A stretch of DNA of 64,000 bases from a bacterium (GCA_021777565.1 JAJYDJ010000005.1:30400-94399); one strand, 5' to 3'. Shown: positions 28,185 to 38,532, counted from the stretch's first letter. Numbers and translations: made by a program. The notes: generated by a model from the letters alone, not told the origin.

Positions 28185-29354
28185 TTAGAATGAAATAGAC
28201 TCTAAGATTTTTGTCCAAGCTGCCTGCTGGGTAGAGACAACTGTCCCGTCCTCCGCAGACACATAAACAGTTTTCGCAAATCCCATAGGGATGAGTCCAA
28301 GGATTCTTTTCTCTGCGATTCCGCTTACAGCAAAGACCGCTTGATTATTCAGTTGCGTAATCTGGGTTGATTGCAGAATTGCGCCATCACTTGCTGTTGA
28401 AGAGACAGTTGTCACTAGATTATCTTTGAGTACTTTTGCGATCGCTTCAGCAGGAAGAATAGTAAGCGTCTTGTCACCCGTAGACGTTGTTACGATTACC
28501 TTTTTTGTAGCTACATCAACTGAGACAGGAAGCTCTGATTGGGCTTGGATAGATCCTTGTTGAATTGCCACACCACTCCCCGCTTTGCTACTCGTTAATG
28601 AAATACCCGTGCTCCCCAATGACTTGTTTAACGACTCTAATGCATTTTGCTGGAGCTGTACTTCCGTACCATCAGTCTTTTTGACATGCACTGCTATGGA
28701 TCCATCATCTTCTCGCTTAATCTGTACTTGACCAGTTGGGGTCTGGAGATTTAGCTCTGCTTTACTCCCTTCTGTCTGGACTTCTACCTTACTCTGTTGT
28801 TTTGGAGCTTCAGTTGGTTCAGGAGCACTCGTTGGCTCAGGAGTATTGTCACTACTCCCTGACTTTGACTGTTGTAACTGAGTAAATGTAAAATTTGTGT
28901 TACCCCACTTAGAATTAAATTCCTGACAAGACTGGAAATCAGTCGTAAAGTGCTTTTGATCTGGCCCAACACAATCAACAAGGGTACTGTCTTCTGGTTT
29001 CTGCCCACTCCCTGCTTGTTGAGGTTGACTTTGCTGGCCACCATCACTGGATCCAGTGGTGGCTGGGCTAGATTCTGGCTGACTTGAGGATGAAGGCTGT
29101 GAACTTTGTTGCTGATCTTGCTGTTGAGGTTGTTGTTGCTGCTGATCACCTGTATCTTGAGTGTCTTGAGTATCAGCTGCGAGAACAGCTTCCGTGCCAA
29201 CCACCCGGAACTTATCCGCTGCTTTCACAGATACTATGGTGACAAGCAGAAGTACACTTACACTAACAATACCAATCATATATGTATACTTATTTTGGGA
29301 TTTTTTTATTTTATGAGTATGCAGTTTTGGACTAGATTTGTGGGTTTTTCTCAT
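28185..29354 (-). CDS. Membrane-anchored low-complexity hypothetical protein
   Basis: TM, Q/S/P-rich tract, CVGPD...C motif, C-terminal KRILGLIP domain. Confidence 0.75.
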   Translation of the reverse strand: MRKTHKSSPKLHTHKIKKSQNKYTYMIGIVSVSVLLLVTIVSVKAADKFRVVGTEAVLAADTQDTQDTGDQQQQQPQQQDQQQSSQPSSSSQPESSPATTGSSDGGQQSQPQQAGSGQKPEDSTLVDCVGPDQKHFTTDFQSCQEFNSKWGNTNFTFTQLQQSKSGSSDNTPEPTSAPEPTEAPKQQSKVEVQTEGSKAELNLQTPTGQVQIKREDDGSIAVHVKKTDGTEVQLQQNALESLNKSLGSTGISLTSSKAGSGVAIQQGSIQAQSELPVSVDVATKKVIVTTSTGDKTLTILPAEAIAKVLKDNLVTTVSSTASDGAILQSTQITQLNNQAVFAVSGIAEKRILGLIPMGFAKTVYVSAEDGTVVSTQQAAWTKILESISF

Positions 29355-29401
29355 CTCTTTTTCAGTATACCAAGTGACAGAGACGGCTTGTCAAGAAGCG
29401 A

Positions 29402-30571
29402 CTAGTTCCTATTACGAAGGAATGCGGGGATATCAAATACTGACTCATCTGTTGGTTCTTCCTCATTCTCTGTCTGGTCTTGCACTGGCGTTTGTGACTG
29501 TGGTTGTGGTTGAGGTGTGATAATCGTCGTCTGAGGTTTTAACGGCTGTTGAATATTGTTCACAATCGTCGTGGTACGAGGTTGAGGCATGATGTATTGT
29601 TGTAGACGTGCTCGATTGGTATCAAATCCAGTCGCGATAACGGTAATCTTGATCTGTCCCTCAAGTCTTTCATCAATCGTAGTACCAAAAATAATGTTGG
29701 CATCAGGATCAGCAGCCTGTGCGATGATACGAGAGGCAGCGTCAACTTCACTCATGGAAAGATCCATACCACCAGTGATGTTATAGAGAACTCCACGTGC
29801 TCCCTCCATAGAGATTTCCAGAAGTGGAGATGCCACAGCGGCCTGTGCAGCAATTTGTGCACGATCTGGTCCACTCCCCGCTCCAATTCCCATTAATGCA
29901 GAACCAGCGTTGGTCATAATAGAGCGTACATCAGCAAAGTCGATATTGATAAGCCCAGGTCTGGTAATAAGATCAGAGATACCTTGTACACCTTGAGAGA
30001 GTACTGAGTTAGCAATTCTGAAGGCATCTTTTAGAGACGTTTTCTTGTCTACCACATCTAAAATACGTTGATTTGGAATAACGATGAGTGTATCAACTTT
30101 ATCTTTGAGTTTTTCAATTCCATCTTCAGCATTCACGGCTCGCCGTGCACCTTCAAACGTAAATGGTTTAGTCACGACAGAGATGGTCAGTGCACCAACT
30201 TCTTTTGCAATTCGTGCTACAACTGGTGCGGCACCCGTTCCAGTACCACCACCCATACCGGCAGCGATAAAGACCATATCACTTCCAGAGAGGGCATCAC
30301 GAATCTTTTCGACGGATTCTTCTGCTGCTTCTTCACCTGTCTGAGGGATACCACCACTTCCCAGTCCATTGGTAAGTTTTTCGCCGATTTGAAGCTTAGT
30401 TGCAGAAGGTTGCGCGTTGAGAAGTGCCTGGGCATCGGTATTAATGACTATAAAATCAACACCTTGAATATCACTTTCGGTGATCATGTCGTTGATAGCA
30501 TTGCCACCACCGCCACCGACACCAACAACTCGAATCTTCGCGAAGTTTGAATTTTGGGGCTTTACGAACAT
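29402..30571 (-). CDS. ftsZ: Cell division protein FtsZ
   Basis: [23 protein letters not shown]-terminal DIPAFLR. Confidence 0.98.
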   Translation of the reverse strand: MFVKPQNSNFAKIRVVGVGGGGGNAINDMITESDIQGVDFIVINTDAQALLNAQPSATKLQIGEKLTNGLGSGGIPQTGEEAAEESVEKIRDALSGSDMVFIAAGMGGGTGTGAAPVVARIAKEVGALTISVVTKPFTFEGARRAVNAEDGIEKLKDKVDTLIVIPNQRILDVVDKKTSLKDAFRIANSVLSQGVQGISDLITRPGLINIDFADVRSIMTNAGSALMGIGAGSGPDRAQIAAQAAVASPLLEISMEGARGVLYNITGGMDLSMSEVDAASRIIAQAADPDANIIFGTTIDERLEGQIKITVIATGFDTNRARLQQYIMPQPRTTTIVNNIQQPLKPQTTIITPQPQPQSQTPVQDQTENEEEPTDESVFDIPAFLRNRN

Positions 30572-30625
30572 AGCACCATACTAGCAATGTCGAATATTTT
30601 TTGCAAGAGCACAAATTAGGACAAG

Positions 30626-31111
30626 TTATTCCTGAGGGCCTGAATGTTCAATATATTCAATAGGACCAACCGAGTCTAAAATCTTTTTATTACTTGCAGT
30701 AATCGATTGGGTTAATTCTCCATTCTTTTTATTTATTTCATCACTAATCAAATAGGTATCCTGAAGGTACTTATCAATTCGCATGGCAAGCGCTTTCATA
30801 AAGAGTAACTTCTCTAGAGAAACAACAAAATAGGTATCCTCTTCAACTGCTCCTTCTCTGTAAAAATCATAGCCATGATATCGAATCGTTTTCCATATTT
30901 CAAAATTTTCCGGACAGACACCAAAATCTCCCCAGATATCTTTCACGCGAGTTGGGTACAACTTGATCAGTGCTGTTAAGTCTTCTTCTGTAACAATAAG
31001 GTCAATATCATCCCCTGCCTTACGCAGTCCATAATATTCCATAGCACGCCCTCCCACCAAGATTGGCTTACTTTTGAAAGAATACGATAATTTTTCTAAT
31101 TGGATATCCAT
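30626..31111 (-). CDS. Small nucleotidyltransferase-fold protein
   Basis: LVGGRAM...R...DIDL motif, C-terminal RIDKYLQD. Confidence 0.6.
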   Translation of the reverse strand: MDIQLEKLSYSFKSKPILVGGRAMEYYGLRKAGDDIDLIVTEEDLTALIKLYPTRVKDIWGDFGVCPENFEIWKTIRYHGYDFYREGAVEEDTYFVVSLEKLLFMKALAMRIDKYLQDTYLISDEINKKNGELTQSITASNKKILDSVGPIEYIEHSGPQE

Positions 31112-31133
31112 CTGTCATAATTATAGTGATTTT

Positions 31134-31427
31134 ATGAAAAATATTCACCAAGTATCACGCATGCAAGGTGTCATAGGGCTTATTGGGAAGAAAGAACCTG
31201 AATCCATATATCTGCAGACACGGTGGGGCATCCATACGTTCTTTATGCGATTTCCTATCGATGTCGTTATTCTTGACGATGAGTATCATATCGCAGCCAT
31301 GAAAGAACACCTTGTCCCCTGGAGAATTTTTATATGGAACCCACGATATCGACACGTGGTGGAATTACCAGATAAAACAATTAAAGCAAACAAATGGACT
31401 ATCGGAGATACTATTACACTTCACTAA
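31134..31427 (+). CDS. DUF192 family protein
   Basis: GIHTFFMRFPIDVVILD and VVELP. Confidence 0.75.
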   Translation: MKNIHQVSRMQGVIGLIGKKEPESIYLQTRWGIHTFFMRFPIDVVILDDEYHIAAMKEHLVPWRIFIWNPRYRHVVELPDKTIKANKWTIGDTITLH

Positions 31428-32895
31428 CACGATCCAGAAGTTCTGGGACAAAATCAATAAATTTATTTTCTGGCAGCAAAAGTGCTTTGTCAGGAGTAAG
31501 CTCTCTGACAAAATCTTCTGTGTGACTGACCATAAGAATACTACCGGTATACTTTTTCAGTGCTTCCAAAATAATGCGCTGAGACAGAACATCAAGATAC
31601 GTCGTTGGTTCATCAAGAATCAGCACGTTATAGTCCTCCAGAAGGAGAAGCGCCATCGCAAGTCTCGTTTTCTCTCCACCTGAAAGAGACTCAACTTTTT
31701 GATACACTTTATTTCCAGCGAAAAGAAATCCTGCAAGAAAACTTCTAATTTTTTCTTCTCGCATGGCATGATGCTCCTCGACTGTTTCAATAAGTGTTTT
31801 ATTTAAGTCAAATGTTTCAAATTCTTGTGAATAGTACCCAATTTTTATTTTTGGATCATATAACACTTCTCCTTCATCTGGTGAAAGTCGTCCAACCACA
31901 ATCTTTAAGAGCGTACTCTTTCCAGCACCGTTGTACCCAATAAGAGCAATTCTCTGGCCTCGAAAAAGTGGGAAGGTGACATCTGATAACACAGTGTTAT
32001 CTCCATAGGATTTCCCAATGCCAACTACTTTTAACGGCATTTCACCTATCCAGAGTGGTTCGGGGAGTGTATAGCTAAATCGCTTTAACTCTTGTGGCAT
32101 GTCTGGCAAGTTCGCTTTCAGCTTTTCAATACGTCTTTTCAGAACTGTTCTTTGTCTGACTCCTTTTTTGGAGGTAAATCGTTGCATGCGCACGAGTCCC
32201 CGCTCCATATGTTTGATGTGTTTTTGCTCATTGATAATTTCCCGTTTTAGTTGATCATCATGTTCTTTTTTAAGACGAATATAGGTACTATATGTTCCTT
32301 TATACTCCTCAATTTTGTGCGTTGTTGGATTGATCGCCAATACTTTATCGATAAAATGATCCATCAGATACAAATCATGTGAGACCAACAACAGTGTTTT
32401 TGGATAGGTACTGAGAAAATCCATAACCCACTGTTTACCAGCGACATCCATAAAATTGGTTGGCTCATCAAGGAGCAGGACATCTGGTTCTTCAATCAAT
32501 GCACGCGCAAGCGCAAGTTTGGTTTTTTGTCCACCACTTAAAGAGGATGGTTTTTGGTTAAGGTCAAGATGCTCCATTTCCAGTCCATGCAAAAACATCT
32601 GAAGTTCATATATTTCTTTTTTCTGCATAGGATCTACATATTCACGAACCGTATGACTCGCATCAAGAATAGGATCATGCTTAACTTCCTGTGGAACTAG
32701 GACGACTTTACCAGAATGAATAATTTCTCCTTCTCGTGGCTGTTCTTCTCCAAGAATAAGTTTAAAAAGAGTGGATTTACCTGCACCATTTGGTCCTACT
32801 AAACCTGCTTTAATATTTGATCCCACAGTAAAACGTGCCCCATCAAAGATAGGCTTATCACTATAGCTATAAACAATTCCTTTTGCTTGGATCAT
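31414..32895 (-). CDS. ABC-F family ATPase
   Basis: Two ABC domains (GPNGAGKST/LSGGQ/LLDEPTN and GYNGAGKST/LSGGE/LDEPT), no TM. Confidence 0.92.
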   Translation of the reverse strand: MIQAKGIVYSYSDKPIFDGARFTVGSNIKAGLVGPNGAGKSTLFKLILGEEQPREGEIIHSGKVVLVPQEVKHDPILDASHTVREYVDPMQKKEIYELQMFLHGLEMEHLDLNQKPSSLSGGQKTKLALARALIEEPDVLLLDEPTNFMDVAGKQWVMDFLSTYPKTLLLVSHDLYLMDHFIDKVLAINPTTHKIEEYKGTYSTYIRLKKEHDDQLKREIINEQKHIKHMERGLVRMQRFTSKKGVRQRTVLKRRIEKLKANLPDMPQELKRFSYTLPEPLWIGEMPLKVVGIGKSYGDNTVLSDVTFPLFRGQRIALIGYNGAGKSTLLKIVVGRLSPDEGEVLYDPKIKIGYYSQEFETFDLNKTLIETVEEHHAMREEKIRSFLAGFLFAGNKVYQKVESLSGGEKTRLAMALLLLEDYNVLILDEPTTYLDVLSQRIILEALKKYTGSILMVSHTEDFVRELTPDKALLLPENKFIDFVPELLDRVSEV

Positions 32896-32939
32896 GTATT
32901 TTCGATTATCCCTTACTGAAGGCAAAATTGCAAAAATGT

Positions 32940-34625
32940 TTATTCATTCACAGTTGGGAGAATATGCCAATAAGTAAAAATATCTTTGGCTATACTAAAA
33001 AAGATAGGGGCAGCGGTTTCTGCTCCATAAATGGAGGATGCCGGTTCATGTAAAATGACAAGCATCGTAAATTTTGGATCATCAGCAGGAGCGTAGCCAA
33101 TAAAAGAGGCAATAGTTCTTGGATCATTGTACCCCCCTGCCACCGCAACCGATGCAGTACCAGTCTTGCCTGCGATACGATACCCTTTTACACGGGCAAA
33201 ACTTGCCTCTCCTTTATTCACTGCATTTACCAGCATCTCCCGCATGACTTTTGTGGTAGTCGATGAGACACTTTGTCCAAGTTCTTTTGGTTGGATGTCA
33301 ATTGTCGTTCCATCTTCTTTTTGGATAGACGCAACTACTTGTGGCTCCATAATAATCCCATCATTTGCCAGAGAATTAAAGGCAGTAAGAAGCTGGATAG
33401 GAGTTACTGCTAGCCCTTGACCGAACCCTGCCGTTGCCAAGTCAACCGGATACCAGTTATTTTTATCGTGAATTTGCGCTTCTGCTTCACCTTGCAGATC
33501 AACACCGGTGAGTTGATCAAAGTGAAAGTCATGAAGCATAGAGAGCATACCATCTAGCTTCATTTTTTGAGCAACATACACCATGCCCGTATTATCTGAA
33601 TGCTGGATAACCTCAGTCATCGTGGTATTTGGAAAATACTTATCATCCCACGTGTGAATCGTTGCATCCCCTATCGTCACTGGACCACTACAGGTATCAC
33701 ACTGCGTCGAAGGCGTTACCAATCCATGGTCAATTGCCCAGGCCATAACCAATGGCTTGAAGGTAGAACCAGGTTCATACGTATCACTGACAAAAGGGTT
33801 ACGAAAACTCGCTGGATCAAAATCCCAGAAGTCACTTGGGTTAAAATTCGGAAAACTTGCCATCGCTAGAATTGCTCCCGTATGTGAATCCATAACAGCG
33901 GCAAGTCCTGAAGCTGCTCCATACTTTTCAACTCCACTAAGCAATTTTTGCTCAACATCGTACTGAATTGTTCTATCGATATGAAGTTGCAGCGTTCTGC
34001 CTGTTGTTTCATCGATATTGTCATCTGTTTTTGAGAGAATCGGCCTATTGAGCGCATCTTTGACAACTGTTGCCAGGACAGTGCGACCTTTGAGTTGTCT
34101 ATCATAGTATCCTTCAAGGCCAAAATAACCAGTATCAACCCCCGCGCTATCCTTCCCAACAAATCCTACCAGTTGCGCTGCCATAGAACCTTCTGGATAG
34201 AACCGTGTTGGGTTCTCATCAAACCCAACCCCTGCCAACTGAAGTTTATCTAATTGTTCTTTTTGTGCCTCTGGTAAATGCCAATCAAGTGGCACCCAGG
34301 CACTGGTCGTTGAGAGGCGTGCACTCACGGTCGCCAGTGAGACATCCAGTACCGTTGCTAACAGCTGCGACTCGACATCTTTATCTTTCATGTCCCCAGG
34401 TCTTGCAAAAAGGACATATGCCATTTTATTGGTTGCTAAGGGAAATCCATCAGAGGCAAGGATATCCCCTCGCTGGGGAGTAAGCCAGAAACTTGTTTGT
34501 GATTGGCTTTTGGCAAGTGCAACAAGTGTATCTGCTTTGAGAATTTGCCACTGGAACAATTTCAGATTGATAGCAAGAAAGCTTAAAAGGAAGAGGCTAA
34601 AGACGATGACAAACCGTTTGCTCAT
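32940..34625 (-). CDS. ftsI: Class B penicillin-binding protein (FtsI-like)
   Basis: RGDI, EPGSTFK, SDN and KTGT motifs; follows mraZ-rsmH-ftsL. Confidence 0.88.
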   Translation of the reverse strand: MSKRFVIVFSLFLLSFLAINLKLFQWQILKADTLVALAKSQSQTSFWLTPQRGDILASDGFPLATNKMAYVLFARPGDMKDKDVESQLLATVLDVSLATVSARLSTTSAWVPLDWHLPEAQKEQLDKLQLAGVGFDENPTRFYPEGSMAAQLVGFVGKDSAGVDTGYFGLEGYYDRQLKGRTVLATVVKDALNRPILSKTDDNIDETTGRTLQLHIDRTIQYDVEQKLLSGVEKYGAASGLAAVMDSHTGAILAMASFPNFNPSDFWDFDPASFRNPFVSDTYEPGSTFKPLVMAWAIDHGLVTPSTQCDTCSGPVTIGDATIHTWDDKYFPNTTMTEVIQHSDNTGMVYVAQKMKLDGMLSMLHDFHFDQLTGVDLQGEAEAQIHDKNNWYPVDLATAGFGQGLAVTPIQLLTAFNSLANDGIIMEPQVVASIQKEDGTTIDIQPKELGQSVSSTTTKVMREMLVNAVNKGEASFARVKGYRIAGKTGTASVAVAGGYNDPRTIASFIGYAPADDPKFTMLVILHEPASSIYGAETAAPIFFSIAKDIFTYWHILPTVNE

Positions 34626-34903
34626 CGGGCATATGCTACAGGAATTGATGAGTCCACTGCAACTACTTTGCCATCAGGGACAAATCCAAGTGTTGCCGCT
34701 TCAGATGCAATTTCTGTGAGTGATGTGTCTGTGTAGAGCTGCTCTGCTAAAATCATATTCTGCTTTTGCAGTGTCTGAATCTGTGTCTCAAGCAGTCCAT
34801 AACTAATACCACTTGTTGAGAGAGAGCTTGCTACCGCAATCTTTGCAATCCCCATCACAACTGCTAAAACAATAGAACTAATAATAAGTATTCTCAGTTT
34901 CAT
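34622..34903 (-). CDS. FtsL-like protein
   Basis: TM plus coiled coil ending A..LGF; canonical position between rsmH and ftsI. Confidence 0.65.
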   Translation of the reverse strand: MKLRILIISSIVLAVVMGIAKIAVASSLSTSGISYGLLETQIQTLQKQNMILAEQLYTDTSLTEIASEAATLGFVPDGKVVAVDSSIPVAYAR

Positions 34904-35784
34904 ATTTTTTCAAAAATCCTCATTTTTGCGCTTCGAGATTTGGGATTTGATTCAATCTCCTCTTCTGTCGGCTCAACCACCTTTTTCGTGATCATTTTCC
35001 CTTTTCCTTCATCCATGAGTCTGACCATCTCTTCTTTGACAATTTCATCCTCCATTGAATGAAAGCTCACTACGACTAGCCTTCCACCACTTGCCAGAAG
35101 GTCTACTGCCTGTGGCAGCATATCCTTGAGTGCACCGAGCTCGTCGTTGACTGCAATACGAAGTGCTTGAAACATCCTGGTCGCAGGATGAATCTTGTGA
35201 AATCCCTTAGGATAGACTGATGCGGCGATATCTGCCAATTCTTGTGTTGTCTCAATTGGCTTCACTTCACGCACTTGGACAATTTTGTCTGCCATGCGTT
35301 TGGCCATTCTTTCCTGTCCAAATCCTAAAAAGATCGCGCATAATTCGCCACTGGTGAGAGTATTTACCAAATCTTTTGCACTTTTTTCAAGCGACTGATC
35401 CATCCGCATATCCAGAGGGCCAACGTTACGAAAACTAAAACCCCTCAGCCCCTCGTCAAATTGATGCGATGATACCCCTAGATCAGCAACAACGCCTTGA
35501 ATGCCAACAAATCCTTTCTCCTGAGCAACTTCCCTCATCTGTCTAAAGTTTGCTTTTACCAGATGTACATGATTTTTTGCCCACGATTCTTCATTGTCCA
35601 TTCGTCCATGCGCGTGCTTAATAGCATCTTCATCGACATCAAAGCTCAGGACTTCTCCACCACGTTTGGCAATTTCCAAGGTATATCCTCCTCCACCAAG
35701 TGTCCCATCAATATAGCGACCACCTGGTACTATATTGAGCGCTTCTATTGCTTCATGTAAAAGAACTGGAATGTGATAGCTCAT
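34900..35784 (-). CDS. rsmH: 16S rRNA m4C1402 methyltransferase
   Basis: HIPVLL, DLGVSSHQFD, PLDMRMD, FQALRIAVN, SRSAKMR. Confidence 0.97.
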   Translation of the reverse strand: MSYHIPVLLHEAIEALNIVPGGRYIDGTLGGGGYTLEIAKRGGEVLSFDVDEDAIKHAHGRMDNEESWAKNHVHLVKANFRQMREVAQEKGFVGIQGVVADLGVSSHQFDEGLRGFSFRNVGPLDMRMDQSLEKSAKDLVNTLTSGELCAIFLGFGQERMAKRMADKIVQVREVKPIETTQELADIAASVYPKGFHKIHPATRMFQALRIAVNDELGALKDMLPQAVDLLASGGRLVVVSFHSMEDEIVKEEMVRLMDEGKGKMITKKVVEPTEEEIESNPKSRSAKMRIFEKI

Positions 35785-36227
35785 AGAGCTGTCCCTTCCT
35801 TTGGCATTCGTGAGAGCGTATCAGCAACTGACTCTACTCTTCCTGCGAGTTCAGCTTGATATCGATCCCATGCCTTTTTCTCCCAAATTTCTACGTATCG
35901 CTGCATACCGACAAACACTACATCTGTGCTTATCCCTGCAAACTCTCGCAAAAATTCAGGGAGGACACATCGTCCTTTTCGATCAAGGTCAACTTCCGTT
36001 GCATTTCCTAGGAGGAAACGCTGTACTTCGTGACTGTTTTTATCTATAAAGGCCTTGTCCGCAGTCCCTTCGGTCAGTACCTGCCAAGAGGCAGCGGAAA
36101 CAATCATGATGCATTGTCCCAAACCTTTGGTAAGTATGACTTTCTCTCCAAGTACTTCACGAAATTTCCGAGGAAGCGATACCTGGAATTTCGCTGCAAC
36201 TTTCGCTTCATACTGACCAATCATCAT
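35781..36227 (-). CDS. mraZ: Transcriptional regulator MraZ
   Basis: LPRKFR, DRKGRCVLP, YVEIW. Confidence 0.93.
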   Translation of the reverse strand: MMIGQYEAKVAAKFQVSLPRKFREVLGEKVILTKGLGQCIMIVSAASWQVLTEGTADKAFIDKNSHEVQRFLLGNATEVDLDRKGRCVLPEFLREFAGISTDVVFVGMQRYVEIWEKKAWDRYQAELAGRVESVADTLSRMPKEGTAL

Positions 36228-36235
36228 AATTCTTT

Positions 36236-36294
36236 CCTACCTTTTCCTACTTTGGACTATATTTAGTATTTCACTTACGTGTGAAAAGTGTCAA
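36236..36294 (-). promoter_or_regulatory. mraZ promoter with MraZ-box-like repeats
   Basis: TTGACA-18nt-AATACT, then ATAGT/GTAGG/GTAGG at 10-bp period just before the ATG. Confidence 0.6.
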
Positions 36295-36400
36295 GGGGAA
36301 AAATGTGAAAAGAGAACCTACATCACTGATGTATGAACATGAAACATGATTGCCACAATAAATCATCAGGGCTGATTGGTGTGAATACGTAGGCTACGTA

Positions 36401-36880
36401 TTAGAGTGAGGCTGTTGTAGTAAGGGAGTAGACCGTACCGTCTACTTTGGTGACTTTTAAGGTAAGCTGGATATCACTTACTCCCGTGTCATAGTGACAA
36501 ACATCAGAACAGGTCCCCAGAACAATCTCCTGCTGGGCTGTTGCTTGCCCTGATTTCACTTCGATTTTACCAATAACACCACGAGGAACCGTATTCCCGT
36601 TGGACTGAGCATTGTAATCCAGCTCGTAGTCAATGAGTGAGACATCACTGAGCTTACTCACACTGACAGTCAAAGCCTTGCCACCTCTACTTGGAGAGAT
36701 GGTCAACCCAAGATCCTGTGGGGTAAGCGTTGGGACAGCACCTTGCTGAAGAGTAGTTGGCTTGGTCGTTTGTTGAGTGGTTGTAGTACTACCACGAAGC
36801 ATAAAGAAGGCAATAGCTCCAACTAAAATAATAGCAAATGCGCCTACTCCTAGCGCGATGTAGAGATTTCTCTTCTCCAT
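36401..36880 (-). CDS. Hypothetical membrane-anchored protein
   Basis: TM, T-rich linker, LGTCSDVCHYD motif. Confidence 0.75.
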   Translation of the reverse strand: MEKRNLYIALGVGAFAIILVGAIAFFMLRGSTTTTQQTTKPTTLQQGAVPTLTPQDLGLTISPSRGGKALTVSVSKLSDVSLIDYELDYNAQSNGNTVPRGVIGKIEVKSGQATAQQEIVLGTCSDVCHYDTGVSDIQLTLKVTKVDGTVYSLTTTASL

Positions 36881-36916
36881 ATATCTATTGTGTACTACCA
36901 AAATCCTCCTTGTCAA

Positions 36917-38386
36917 CTAAACAAGTCTCTCTTGGATATATGAAACCAGTTCAGAGATGGCAACTCTTTTTTGCTCCTTGCTGTCACGATCACGAACGGT
37001 CACTGATTGATCTTCAAGACTTTGGAAATCAACGGTAATACAGTATGGTGTCCCAATCTCGTCTTGGGACAGATAGCGCTTCCCAATATTTCCACGATCA
37101 TCCCAGAGGATCTTGCCGTTCACTTTCTCCTGCAGTGTTTGATAGACCTTCTGGGCAAGCTCAGTCAGCTCAGGCTTGTTCGCAAGCAGTGGAAATACTG
37201 CTGCCTTCACTGGGGCAACTTTGGGTGCAAATTTAAGGACTACCCGGTCCTCTTCTTGAGTAAATGCATCAGAGAGCACCATCAACAGAAGTCTATTGAT
37301 CCCAACCGCTGGTTCAATCACATGAGGAACTATTTTCTTGCCCGTCTGAGGATCAACAATGGAGAGGTCTCGGCCAGAATTCTTCATATGATTTTGTAAA
37401 TCATAGTCAGTTCGGTACGCAAGTCCCCACAATTCTTTGAACCCAAATGGGAATTGATACTCCAAATCCTCTGTCTTGGTACTATAAAATGATCGCTCTT
37501 CATCAGAGTGAGTGCGCCATCTCAGCTTCTCTGATTGAACTCCCAGTGCCTGTGTGACAAAGGTATACATAGTCTCTTTCCAGGTATCAAAAGTCTTCTC
37601 CCAATTTGTCACCTCTGGGTCAAAGAAATACTCAAGCTCCCCTTGCTCAAATTCAATTGTTCTAAAGATAGAATTCCCAGGCGTAATTTCATTTCTAAAA
37701 CTCTTTCCCAGCTGTGCGATACCAAACGGCAAGCGCACGCGATTGGAATCGACGACTAATTTGAAGTCAATAAAGATATTCTGAGCAGTTTCCCCTCTGA
37801 GATAGGCCGACCCACCTTCCCCTTCTACGAGTCCTAACTGGACAGGGAAAAGCTGATTAAATTTGCGTACCGGTGTCCATTGGATTTGTTTACATTTTCT
37901 GCATTTAATCTGGAATCCCTTTATCAGGGCATTTAACTTTACTTCACTTAAACCTTCTACTTTACCAGTCTCCAAAACATTTTTTACTTCATCTTCAGAA
38001 ATATCAAAATAACCAGGCTCAAATACTAAATTAGTAAACTTCTTTTCTTCATCTGTCATATCCTCGAGATAATCCTCAATCAGGTGGTCAGCTCGGAAGC
38101 GTGATTTGCAGTTCTTACAGTCAATCATGGCATCGGCAAAACTTGCGGTGTGTCCACTAGCTTCCCAAATTTTGTGATTTGATATCACACTGGCATCAAG
38201 CCCTACCACATCACTTCTTTTGGTGACAAAATAACTCCACCAAAGGTTACGAATGTTTCTGAGAAGCTCTGCTCCCACTGGCCCATAATCATAGGTGTTG
38301 GCAAGCCCACCATAGAGATCTGATCCAGGATAGAAAAATCCTCGACTTTTGGCTAGCGCTGTAATTTTTTCCATTGTTACGTCCAT
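36917..38386 (-). CDS. glyQS: Glycine--tRNA ligase (alpha2, class IIa)
   Basis: YDYGPVG, LRGETAQ, GKSFRNEITP, EFEQGE, HVIEPAVG, QDEIGTP. Confidence 0.95.
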   Translation of the reverse strand: MDVTMEKITALAKSRGFFYPGSDLYGGLANTYDYGPVGAELLRNIRNLWWSYFVTKRSDVVGLDASVISNHKIWEASGHTASFADAMIDCKNCKSRFRADHLIEDYLEDMTDEEKKFTNLVFEPGYFDISEDEVKNVLETGKVEGLSEVKLNALIKGFQIKCRKCKQIQWTPVRKFNQLFPVQLGLVEGEGGSAYLRGETAQNIFIDFKLVVDSNRVRLPFGIAQLGKSFRNEITPGNSIFRTIEFEQGELEYFFDPEVTNWEKTFDTWKETMYTFVTQALGVQSEKLRWRTHSDEERSFYSTKTEDLEYQFPFGFKELWGLAYRTDYDLQNHMKNSGRDLSIVDPQTGKKIVPHVIEPAVGINRLLLMVLSDAFTQEEDRVVLKFAPKVAPVKAAVFPLLANKPELTELAQKVYQTLQEKVNGKILWDDRGNIGKRYLSQDEIGTPYCITVDFQSLEDQSVTVRDRDSKEQKRVAISELVSYIQERLV

Positions 38387-38402
38387 ATAGCTATTATTAC
38401 AC

Positions 38403-38532
38403 AAAAAAACCCGTCACTACTACATTAGTAGGGACGAGTCACATAGTGATCCGCGGTTCCACCCTCATTCCAAGACATTTGTCTTGACTCTTTTGATAAA
38501 GCTCCCGGTTGCCAAGCCGATCATTGCTCTCT
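38403..38532 (-). ncRNA. Glycine T-box riboswitch with ultrashort Stem I and intrinsic terminator
   Basis: T-box AGGGTGGAACCGCG (38452-38465) pairs with CGTCCCT; GGC specifier in the apical loop (38511-38513); k-turn GA motifs; terminator plus T7. Confidence 0.85.

Noticed and set aside
28800-29180. Short tandem repeats as a possible array
   Set aside because: In-frame low-complexity coding sequence (DTQ, poly-Q, PEPT); no repeat-spacer structure.
36269-36286. Palindrome TTTCACTTACGTGTGAAA as a parS site
   Set aside because: Spacing does not fit the 16-bp parS consensus; it lies in the mraZ promoter spacer and may be an operator.
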